Assembly: GCF_006345805.1 (NCBI RefSeq)
Contig: NC_043015.1
Coordinates: forward strand, 35,526,001-35,590,000
Length of the DNA stretch: 64,000 nucleotides
DNA from: Octopus sinensis
Taxonomy: Eukaryota
Direction of reading: 5' to 3'
The first letter of the stretch is position 1. Each line of letters starts with the position of its first letter. Below are positions 52,866 through 64,000 of this stretch, piece by piece. The translations under genes were made by a program, and so were the position numbers. The notes under the pieces were generated by a model. That model made no database searches, was not told where the DNA came from, and worked only from the letters and a program-made list of their open reading frames with translations.

Positions 52866-53730
52866 TCTTATATATATATATATATCTTTAAGTCGCACTT
52901 ATGTTCCTGGGAATATTTACCTAAATATGTGGGGTGCGACTTATAAGCGCATCCCATAAAGAAATCTTTCGATGTTTTCTAGGTACAAGTCACGTCTGAA
53001 GTTCCGACACCTGGAATAACCGAAAAACCGCAAATAGCTAATTCCGAAGCCGAGAATTACACGGAAAACGATCTTTACATATATTTCTTTACTTCTGTAA
53101 GAATGAAATAAACAATTAATTTTTAAAACGTGAATTTAATACTTGTTTCTTTTTGCACCGTACCGGTCTTTCTTGAATTCGACGTCATGTTGTTTGTTAA
53201 GAGGAAGAGGAATTCTTATGATATCACTTTCAAGCTGAAAACTGTTGAAGACACAAAGTTGCATTGAAATCGAGATGCAGAAAGAGAATTTGGGGTCTGA
53301 TGAGTCCCAATGAGGAGATTATATTGAGAGACTGGGTGACTGAACTACAAACGAATGGTTTTGTCACGAGAAACATCATTAGATTGCGGCTCTCCAAGTG
53401 ACTAAAGAACATGGCATATCCGATTTTAAAGCATGCCCTGGCTGTTGTACGAGGTTTATGGAACGCCACAATCTAACACTGAAAGAGAGGACTCATATCT
53501 CACAGAAATTACCACCGACGTAGACAGCAAAGTTGATTCCTTCCATCAGTATGTAACAGACCTTCGAAAGATCCACGAGTTCGACTTGGAAGCTAATGAT
53601 TAATATGAACGAGACACCTCCGTTTTTTTCCATATGGTTGAAACTCGGACAGTCGATGTTAAAGGATAAAACACAATTTCGGTAAAAACTACGGGGAACG
53701 ACAAAGCCAACTTCACTGCAATTTTTTATC
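52866..53730 (+). mobile_element. pogo-family DNA transposon, 5' part, pseudogenised transposase
   Basis: From ATG 53187: KRKRNSYDITFKLKTVE...NRDAEREFGV (N-terminal HTH), then CENP-B-type HTH FKA.PG...RFMERHNLTLKERTHISQKLP and DDE start MINMNETP.FF.M...RTVDVKG...VKTTG.DK..FT. Subterminal aagtcgcactta/tgcgacttata motifs at 52870-52925. Confidence 0.85.
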
Positions 53731-54224
53731 GAACTTTGCTCTCCAACATCAAAAACGTCGCTACAACTTATAGTCGGGTCAATGATAAAATTCCAAATTT
53801 GAACCTTGTATGTCTTATAGACGAGGACGTTTTATAGTCGTGTATATACAGTATATATGCAAGCGTGCGCGTGTATTTCCATTTCTCTGTTTTATGTGTT
53901 CGGGTTTGTAAGCGCAAGCAGATGCATGAGAGTTGTGTGTTTTGTGGTGAGGCAACGACCTGATGCTGATATCAAAGAATTCAACTTTTGCCAGTGAATA
54001 GGAAAAAATACGGGATAGTGTGATGCTGATAATTATGTAGAGAATGTTGAGGTGGTGGTGAGAAAAACAGCAATAATAATGAGACAATGTTCTGAGTTCA
54101 AATACTATCAGCGTCGTCTCTGCCTTTCATGACTTCGTGATTGATGTCGCTCAAGCACAAATTCTTAATTTTATTTAATTTGCCACAAGGGCATTATCAA
54201 GCACAACTTCTTATGAATCTTAGA

Positions 54225-54450
54225 CATGATTTAATTATGTACGTCGATAAGCTTTCCTATCTCGGATACTGAATTACCAACGAAGGTGAAGCAGAAGTTG
54301 AAGTCCAGGCCAGGATAGGTAAAGCAATATCAATATTGTATCTTTTAAAAAGGTTAAGGACCTTCAGTGACTGAGTAAATTCCGGGAACGAGATTCGTTC
54401 TTTATGCCCGCATTTTAATACATATCTCTTAGCATGAACTAAAGCCCTCC
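54225..54450 (+). mobile_element. RTE-like LINE RT C-terminal fragment
   Basis: YVDKLSYLGY*ITNEGEAEVEVQARIGKA matches the V..F.YLGS.I...G....EV..RI.KA pattern. Confidence 0.55.
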
Positions 54451-54737
54451 TCCCCCGGACACATAATAAACTACTCCAGTCTCGTTTACGTAACTGGTTA
54501 TCCCTCGTGTCTTCTGCTTGTGATTTTTCCTTCCTGGTCAAGCGTCAACTGGCTTCAACCCAGTTGAGAAACAGTCTTCATTTAATTATCAGCTAGAAAA
54601 ATGGCAAAATAAGTGAATATTGCAACCAGGAGAATTGGCTTAGTGTATCTCACAAGCCTTGTGACTTTTTGCTGTCAGAATATCTGAGCTGATCGAGTGC
54701 TTTGCTACTTGCTGAAACGTTACCACACAGCACGCAT

Positions 54738-54769
<32 letters not shown>

Positions 54770-56564
54770 GTGGGAAATGAAAGACGGAAGATGGAGTATA
54801 CGAACATTTATTATTAATCACGACAATATATATTTCTGAGCTTTTGTGTATGTATAACTATTGAATATATATATGTATATATGTGTGTGTGTGAGTGTGT
54901 GTGTGTAATTTTACGATGTATGAGGTTTATGGTGGCCGTGATTGTAGTTGAATGCAATTAGAACTAAAGATTTGTCTGACAGGAGATTGAAATTGTGAAA
55001 GAGAAAAACAAAAAGGAAGGATGCAAAAAATAAAAATGGAGTTGTTTTTTTTTCTTGCAAATGTAGGCGATTCTGTCTCCGACGCTACAATATATCTAAG
55101 GTGACAGAATATATAATAATAATTTAAATTATAGTATCATATTACTATGAATTATTCACAATTTCATTTGAGCTTAGAATAAAAATGATTTGAAGAAAGA
55201 TTCAACTCAATAATAAGACTTCGCAGTATATTGAAATTTAATTTGCAGTAAGAAAATTTCAGGATCACAATCACCTGACGTCATATCTAGCACTAATTAA
55301 ATACATGTATGCATACATGCATACACACACACACACACGTGTGTGTGTGTGTGTGTGTGTGCATTACATGTGTTGTTGTTTTTTATGCTACGTTATATAT
55401 TCAAAAATCAATTGAACGGTAGACTGAATTATTTCTCAACGATTATGGTAAACTATGAATATTAAACTTTTACAAGGAAAAGGTTGACAGTGATGTCGAG
55501 GTTCTGATTGCTTGCCTTCGTCAGACTACATATATATATATATGAATTCTTCATTACTACAATTATATACATAGAGAAATATAATCTAATAAAGTTATTT
55601 TTGTATTCATATATAAACACTCATCTAACTGTTTCGATCTATATACATATAGGTATAATACACGTATTAAAGACAGGCACGTATTAAAGACGCGCGCGCG
55701 CGCGTGCGTATATGCTATATACTTAATTGATTTTTGTGGGCAACTATGTGCTTGTAAAATTAAGATATTAGATGTTCTTCATCATTTCATCTGTAATACC
55801 TATAAACCGTGTCACTACGAGTTTGGATTCTATAAAGGTGATTGCTAACTCAAAGCTAATTACGAGGACGTTACATGAATTCACAAGTTGGAAAGTATTT
55901 GGCTTTCTGTATTTCACGTCAGTCTTGCTGCTTTATGACGTATTTTCTACACTTATGCTATGACTGTTATAGATTTCCAGTTTGTTCCACTTACACTTTT
56001 GTTTACGTGCTGTTTTAGTTGCAAGGCAAAGGCTTATCAGAGTCGAAAGGTATTTTGCTATAAAAGATTTCACTTGTGAATCAAAGAGTCTGGAAACCAT
56101 ATCATATCACAATGCCGTCCTTTAGTTTTCGCATCAAACATTAGAGCGAGTATTTGATTTTTCCTTCGAACTCGTCACCAACAAAGATGCCGCTTCACCA
56201 TGGGTGATGCCTAACAGAATATTTCTTTATTGGTGGGAACGCTGGAAATTCGTCTGTCAAACAAATTGGTGTTCAGGGACAGGATTCCACGTGAATATAA
56301 AATTGTTTCATTCGTCTGGAATATTACAAAATTTGTGTAGGCAAGTTGTTTGATAGAAGATAACACAGAAATGGCGGCTTGCTCTATTTCCTTAACTACT
56401 CTCTGTTACATTACTCTGATCGCGATCGTTTCGGATGTGTCATCCCTCAACAGACATCAAATTTTCCAGAGTCTCCTTCAGACACCATCTTCCCTTCAAT
56501 ACCACGCCTTGCTTCCTTTCCTTCCTTCGACGGATCGATCTACCTTAATCGTACGTAGGTCATC

Positions 56565-57360
56565 TACGAGGGATGTTCATTCAAGATTTCCCCTGACCCA
56601 TTTCTCAAGGAATGGGATGAACGAAGCTTGGCGTAATTATTAGTCCTTCCCTATATGGCCACCACCACGGGTGAGGTAATTCTCCCATCATTTTATGCAG
56701 CTGTGAAGATCTCGTTTATAGAAGTCAGTAGGTTGCGTCTGGAGCCAAGACTTTACCTCGGAAATAAGTTCATCATCCGAAAAGTGCTTCCCCTCCAAGA
56801 AAGACTTCATGGCTGGAAAGAAGTGGAAGTCAGATGGTGTGAAATCGGGAGAGTAAGGGGGATGGAGAAGTATTTCATAGCTGCAGGAATGTGCTTTCAT
56901 CTGGGAAACATGCGCATTGTGAACTGGGGCGTTGTCTTTGAGGAGGTGAACATCACTGGTGAGTATGCCACGCCCTTCTGCTATGATGGCGTCCCGCAAT
57001 TTCTGCAGTAGCGAGGCATAATATGTGGTGCCCTTTGCCAGAAAATCCATCAACACTACTCCACGCTTGTCCCACAAGTCTGTGAGCATCTCCTTGCCTG
57101 CTGAGTGTTGGACATGAGGTTTTTTTGGAGGTGGTGAGCATAGGAGATGGATTTCGTATAAGTCTTTTATTAGGTGCAACACGTTTCGACATATCAGCCT
57201 GGGTCTCTTCAGGTTCATTGATAAAGAAGTCTCAACAGAGAATTTTCGGGTCGGCTGGCTAGTTGTTACATGCGCATCAAGTTAGGGAATCAATGAAAGC
57301 AAATGATAAAGAATCACAAAAAAAAAAAATAAATTCAAATATGAACGTGGAAATCTTGCG
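56565..57360 (-). mobile_element. mariner (D,D34D) transposon, internally deleted
   Basis: ORF 57218-56688 contains PPPKK..VQ.SAGK.M....WD.RGV...DFL, DNAPVH and HPPYSPDFTPSDFHFF, with exactly 34 residues between the last two catalytic Asp. TIR-like TA-cgagggatgttcattcaagatttcc at 56565 with a partial mirror ggaaatcttg at 57349-57358. Confidence 0.9.
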
Positions 57361-57622
57361 TTCCAGTTGAGGTCAAATGACCTGATCAGCTTTCACTGAC
57401 ACAGGAACAAGAAAGTAGGAGAAAGGAAGATTAAAACTTAGACAAGTAGGTTCATGTTCGTGCATATACATACAGACGGACAGAAATGTCAGACACAAGT
57501 ATATATTTATACACATACACACATACACACGTATATCCACACACACACATATATATACATAGGAATACACACACATATATATACATAGGAATACACACAT
57601 ATACATACGTATACACACACAT

Positions 57623-57664
<42 letters not shown>

Positions 57665-57666
<2 letters not shown>

Positions 57667-58130
57667 TTAAATCCTTAAAAATGTTTTAGCCCGAAGGCCG
57701 CGGCCATGCTGGGGCACCACCGCTGAATGAGCCACACTAGTTTGTGAATCCACCTCTGATACGTGGCACTTGATCAACAAGGGAGTTCGATGCTGCTGCC
57801 CGCATCCGCGTCTCCTGTCGTGAGGTAGGTTCATCTGGGACTTCCAACAAGAAGAGATCCAGTTTAGTTTTAAAGAAACCCACATCCACACCATGTAAGT
57901 CTCTCAGGCATTTAGGGAGGATGTTGAAAAGCTGTGGTCCTCTGAAACCCAAGCTGTTGCAGTATCTGGACCTGTATTTTGATGGTGATGTTGGAATCCT
58001 TGGCACCACGCAGCGGCGCCCCGTTCTGCGGTTGGAGTAACTTTGAATGCCAAAGTTTGGGACAAGACCCTCCAGGATTTTCCAGATGTATATCACTGCA
58101 TATCTCTCCCGCCTCCGCTCCAGGGAGAAG
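57665..58130 (-). mobile_element. CR1/L2-like LINE 3' end
   Basis: SLERRRERYAVIYIWKILEGLVPN...GPQLFNILPKCLRD...FKTKLDLFL..VPDEP is a typical CR1-group C-terminus; 3' tail ends (atttaagg)-like. Confidence 0.85.
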
Positions 58131-59050
58131 AGGTAGATAGATAAATACATACATACATATATACATAGTTAGATATACATATATACACATATATATGTAA
58201 GTACACATCCGCATATACACAAATATACATAAAGATGCATATAGTTACGTATATGTATGTATATAAATGGGTAATTATATATCTATGTATGCATGTATGT
58301 ATATATTTATGTCCATACTAGCATATTTAGCTTTACAAATTAGGATTATTTCAGTGTCTTTGTACAAACAAACGGCGAAATATAAATATACACACATATA
58401 TGTGTATGTATAAAAAATACATATATATGTGTGTGTATATATATATTCATAGATAGAGAAATAGATAGATTCAGAGATGGATAGACAGAGAGATCTAACG
58501 CTAAACAAGCATTGCACTGTAAATGAACTTCAATAACATCTGAAGAAAGCATTGTTTTATGAAGGAAAAAAAATACAGAGACAAAGCAAAAACAAATATA
58601 AATATACAGCAAAATATATTGACACAATTTGTTTATTTTCTTGCAAAGAGACGTTAGATTACGCATGCACACACACTCACACACATACGCATATACATAT
58701 GTATATACTCATATTCATACGTATACACATATTATTAAACACTGACAGCTACACACACACACACACGCGCACTCAATATGTATGTGTGTGTGTATATATG
58801 TATGTAAGTATATATATATATATATATATATATATCCTTACATACATATATATATATATACATAATTATGTATGTATATATGCATAAATATATCTATGTA
58901 TGCTTATGCAAATATATATATATATATATATACATATATATGTATATGTATGTATACATAAATATGTATGTGTGTGTATATATATATATACATAAATATA
59001 TGTTTATATAAAAATGTATGTGTATATATACATAAATGTATATGTTTATG

Positions 59051-59095
<45 letters not shown>

Positions 59096-59324
59096 GCACA
59101 TAAATATATACACAGGTTTAAAACTAATCACAAAACTGCAGGTCTAAAAATCAACGCACAGAAACACAAGTATATATACACACACTCACTAACATAAATG
59201 TACACAAAAATATACGCTTAGCGACACATAAATATAAATGTAAACACGAGCATATTTATGGATGCATATTTACACCACACATTAAGAAGATACAAGAACA
59301 ATGAAAAATCTTCAGCGATAAACA

Positions 59325-59373
<49 letters not shown>

Positions 59374-60011
59374 AAGTCTCCATTGCTACGGCCTGTCTAT
59401 CTGTTTGTTCGTCTGGTAGTTATTCACAAAGAAAACTTCACATTTACATACATTGGAATTAGTCTTATGTAAAACAAACACACGCAACAATGGGCTGTGT
59501 AGGTTCTTGTTTAATGAATGTATGCTTCACCAATGCCTATTGATCTTTGCAAAGAGAATAAAGCAGCCTAGCTTTATGAAGATACATTTTCCATTTTAAT
59601 TAATATTAAGATAATAGCAAAAGATATACACAAGCAAATATACTGAGCTGACATTTACAAATACACACACGCACACACACACATATATATATTCGGTGAT
59701 GGATGTGAAGACACAGGCGTACGTGAACACAGACCTACACAAAGACATATAGATGTACGTTTTTCTAACCTCACCACTCACTCACCACACCAAGATTCTA
59801 TTGAAGTACTTATGTTTGTCAGATCCTTTATGTTTTCTTTATCCGCATATACATGGATACGTAGCTGTATATATATGTGTAATGGCATATAATTATTAAT
59901 ATATAAATAATATAAAAGTACACAGAGATATGAATGCATGTATGTATGAGTGTATATATATATACATAAATATATATATATGCACACATATGTATGTATA
60001 TATAAATATAG

Positions 60012-60046
<35 letters not shown>

Positions 60047-60806
60047 TATATATATATACATACAAGCATAGACAGAGAAGACAGACATATGCAATCATAT
60101 ATATATATACACACGCTCATATATACAAATATATCGATGCATATATGTGAACACACCCTCACACAGACATATTTATAGATAGATAGATAGAGAAATACAT
60201 ACATACATTAGTACATACACACATACATATATACATACATGCATATATACACACACATACATATATACATTCATTCATACATACACACATACATATATAC
60301 ATTCATACATACACATACATGCACACATCAATACATACATACACACACACTTTTATATACATATATTCGCATATATGCGCCTGTGTGTCTTTATTTGTGT
60401 GGTTGTGTGCGTAGAGTTTGCTCGATTCAAACTTCTTCATCGACCTCCAACAGAAAAACCTCATTCATTTATTTAGCGATCATAAATCCATGAACCGATG
60501 CAAACATCGAGAAACACGGCGGCATCTGTGTGAAGGAGCCTCATGTGAGGATGCAAGATATATTGTAGAAGAACAAAATATTTATTGATTATACAGTCTG
60601 AGTCATCAGGTTTGTACTCTAACAGCAGCTGGTACTACACAACCTATGGATGCATTCAGAATCATTTACACACACACACATACGTGTGCATGAACGTACA
60701 TACGTAATACTTAATGAATTCCTACCTACTGCATACATGCACACATACACATGCATGTCTATATCTGTCTTTCTATTAATATTATATCTATAGCTATCCA
60801 TCTATC

Positions 60807-60864
<58 letters not shown>

Positions 60865-61239
60865 GTGTCTATCTATCACATCTCTCTCTCTGTCTATCTA
60901 TTTATCTATCTATCTGTCTGTCTGTTTATCTATCTATATGTCTGTGTATTTTTGTAAATATGTATGTGTAAATGTATGTATATTACACACACACACACAC
61001 ACACAGATACAAATTATGAGAGCTGCATGGAACGGATATATATTCGACAAAAAAAAAAACAGATATCAAAAACAAAAGCAGCAATAAATGTTTATGCTTT
61101 ATCGGAAACGAACCCGAGATGAAGCGATGGACATAAGATTTCCAAGGTCGATGACAGTTGCAATATGATCATTATTACTAATGACACTACTCAGAGAAGT
61201 GAATCTGTCAGCAGTATCGCTATGTTGCTTGCAAATCAT

Positions 61240-61570
61240 TGTCAATATCTTCTTCTCAGGAGGGAAGGCCCAAATAATAGAGCCGCCGCGGCCCTCCTCC
61301 ACTGCGCGACCCCTGCTACTAGGTTCTTTGATGCCATCACTAAACCTGTTTGTTTTGTCCTCCTCTTGTTCTTCTGCAGCACCTGATAGCAGGAACTTCT
61401 CAAGATCTTGCCATCAGAGTTTATCACCAGTGAAGGTCCATTTTCTTTCCGTGATAGTGTTTAACTTTCCTGGCAAATGATCTTGCGAAGGACCCACTCA
61501 TGATTTCCTTTATTCGTCCAGCTTATTCTGCGAATGCGTCTAAAATACCGTTGTTGAAATGCTTCAATTT
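61240..61570 (-). mobile_element. RTE-like LINE 3' end (decayed)
   Basis: FQQRYFRRIRRISWTNK.NHEWVLRKI, EKFLLSG..E.....NRFSDGIKE and ..QWRRAAAA follow the RTE C-terminal motif order. Confidence 0.55.
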
Positions 61571-63026
61571 TCCTTTTTATCAATTTCCTTTATAATACAG
61601 CATTCATCTTCATATATGGTACTGCTAAAATATCAATGAAACCCCGTAATCTAGAAACCAATAAACAAGCATTATTCTTATGAGAATTGGAATCCCTATG
61701 AAGGACAATCATGCAATATCTATGCCAATGTATTACATAAACAAAAACCGAACATTAACCAAGATACTAAGAAACCATAAACAAGTTCAAACGAACAAAG
61801 GAAATCTTAGAACCACAACAACAAAATAAGATACAAAACAATCACCAGTCACATCCAATGTATACCCCATAATCGGCCACATAACGATTATCACGTAGAT
61901 GCATAGGAAAATACATGCGTGCACAAAATGCATACTTGTATGTACGTGTAAAGGGCGTATAACGTAAGCCCTGTAATGTAAACGGATCGAAAATAACCAA
62001 CATAGTCAGGTTTACGAAACCTTTTTCATTATCTGACAAATCACAGATTGAGGGGAAACCGCCTGTTAGATATTTCATAAAATTTTCTTTTTAATTCTAA
62101 TCGTAAATTTAACTTGTATCACAAGTAATAGAATACATTTTAGTTTAATCACCAAAGAACGTGACTGAAAACAAGACACTTGCAAAAAATTAGCAAATGC
62201 AAAGAAATCGAAATTCATTAAAATGTTTTTTTATTGTGGTTGCAATATCGATTAATTTGAGGTATATAATTAGCATAAAATATATATTTATGCCAGAATA
62301 TATTGTTGTTTTATTAATATTTTATATTGTACTTTGGTTTTAAGTATTTATTATTCGATAGTTATTGCTTAAAGTTTATTTAATTCTTTGAAATAAATGC
62401 GTTTTTAATGTTAAATTAAGCGACGAATCAATTATCTCCCTTGAGACTTGACTTACAATATGGAGAATGTATTGCATCTGTTGCTAAGTTCTGCTTGCCC
62501 AGTGATGTTTTCTTATCATCAAAAAGAAAGTAATTAAATAATCAGCTTCTGAGTAAGAAAAAAGTAAAACGAAAACCATAATAGAAAGCGGAAATGAAAA
62601 CATAAAAAAAAGAAATATAAATATAAGAAAAAAAGAAACGAAAATCTAACAAAAATAGAAACAAAATCATAATTTCCATTTTATTACTGTTACCGTTCGT
62701 TTTTCTTTTCTCTTTTGGTGAGGTGTGACAATAAAGAGAGAAACGTTGCTAACTTAAATGAGAGATAACTGATCACTCTTTCTCCCTCTCTCCCTATATA
62801 TATATAATATATATATATATATATCTATATATATAATATATATATATAATAATAATAATATTAGGGAATATATCCAAATTTACAGGGAAAAAAATCAGAT
62901 TTAGGATTAAATCCAATTTTATAGTAAAATATTATAAATATTATTTGAGACAAAACCACTATTTTGCAAAACAAACAAGAAAGACTTAATCAATACATAA
63001 AATTTAATAAATAGTCAAAAAAACCG

Positions 63027-63069
63027 CCACTACAATCGTTTCTTGTCTTGATCGACAATCTTCAGGTGG
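63027..63069 (-). ncRNA. Type I hammerhead ribozyme (left arm, intact)
   Basis: Exact reverse complement of the plus-strand motif at 63102-63144. Confidence 0.8.
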
Positions 63070-63101
63070 ACTTCCAATAATTCAACTGAATTATTGGAAG
63101 T

Positions 63102-63144
63102 CCACCTGAAGATTGTCGATCAAGACAAGAAACGATTGTAGTGG
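63102..63144 (+). ncRNA. Type I hammerhead ribozyme (right arm, intact)
   Basis: CCAC CUGAAGA UUGUC GAUCAA GACAA GAAAC GAUU GUA GUGG: stem I CCAC/GUGG, stem II UUGUC/GACAA, stem III ACGAUUGU self-complementary with G-U pairs; predicted cut after 63140. Confidence 0.8.
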
Positions 63145-63235
63145 CGGTTTTTTTGACTATTTATTAAATTTTATGTATTGATTAAGTCTTTCCTTGTTTG
63201 TTTTGCAAAATAGTGGTTTTGTCTCAAATAATATT

Positions 63236-63268
<33 letters not shown>

Positions 63269-63350
63269 ACATATATATGTGTGTGTGTGTGTGTGTATAC
63301 GTGTCTATGTTCGTTTGTGTGCGTGCGTGTGTATGTATGCATATATATAA

Positions 63351-63384
<34 letters not shown>

Positions 63385-63530
63385 GTATGTATGTATATAT
63401 ATACTCACATAACATATATGCACGTATATGTACACATTCGCCCACACACACATTTATGTATGTAGATGTATAGAGAGATAGAGACATGTTATAATTACAA
63501 ATATTATACGTAGATAAAGACGCCTTCAAA

Positions 63531-63563
<33 letters not shown>

Positions 63564-64000
63564 TTATGTGTGCATGTTTATAAGAATGTATATGAATTCT
63601 CAGATTCAATTACTCTTATTCTGTACCCCCCCTCTCTCTCTCTGTATATATATATATATATATATATATACATACTCACAAAGACATATACACATATGTG
63701 TATACATAATATATATGTAGTTACCTCTTATATTACTTATTCTCTCTCTCTCTCTTTCTCTCTCTCTATCACTTACTCAGTTTGCACACAGAGAGATACA
63801 CATTCTGAGTACGAAGACTGTTAAACGTGGAGTCGCATTGAGAAAATGGATTGCAAGACAGAATAAGAAGAAATGAAATATCAGAGAAGGAATATACGTA
63901 TGTTTATATAAGAGTATACACCGAAAGAAAGTATGTGTTGAACAGACTTAGCCAAACACATCTGAGTGATTGATAAAGCGAATGATTGAACAAATGATTT

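Larger units (their letters stand above)
62933..63239. repeat. Near-perfect palindrome, 152/153-bp arms, 2-nt loop
   Basis: 62933-63084 and 63087-63239 are reverse complements except for one extra C in the right arm; loop ac at 63085-63086. The left arm continues unpaired to ~62850; both ends abut (TA)n. Confidence 0.95.

Noticed and set aside
53297-53320. ctgatgagtcccaa, resembling the start of the Schistosoma-type hammerhead
   Set aside because: No GGAC-GAAA follows; it lies inside the pogo transposase relic and is probably coincidental.
55320-55362. (CA)n immediately followed by (TG)n forming a hairpin
   Set aside because: Common in microsatellite-rich genomes; no further structure.

Overview
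AT-rich, microsatellite-saturated eukaryotic DNA. The SINE families and repeat content look like an Octopus (coleoid cephalopod) genome; this is recognition from memory, not a database match. No host protein-coding gene can be named, and nearly all ORF-track entries are translations of simple repeats. The window is mostly decayed transposons: three tRNA-derived SINE families; R4/Dong-, CR1-, Tx1/L1- and RTE-like LINE fragments; Penelope-like remnants; mariner and pogo transposase relics; Helitron-like elements; several MITEs/fold-backs. The most striking signal is a set of type I hammerhead ribozyme (HHR) motifs from about six repeat families. The best case is a young ~600-bp head-to-tail trimer plus an inverted fourth segment (24101-26417), with one HHR per unit (two fully intact). 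It resembles a retrozyme or Penelope pseudo-LTR array that could release ~600-nt self-cleaved, possibly circular RNAs. A near-perfect 152-bp-arm palindrome at 62933-63239 carries two mirror-image intact HHRs. A perfect DR5 nuclear-receptor element, a promoter-like motif cluster and a few weak candidate exons are also noted.
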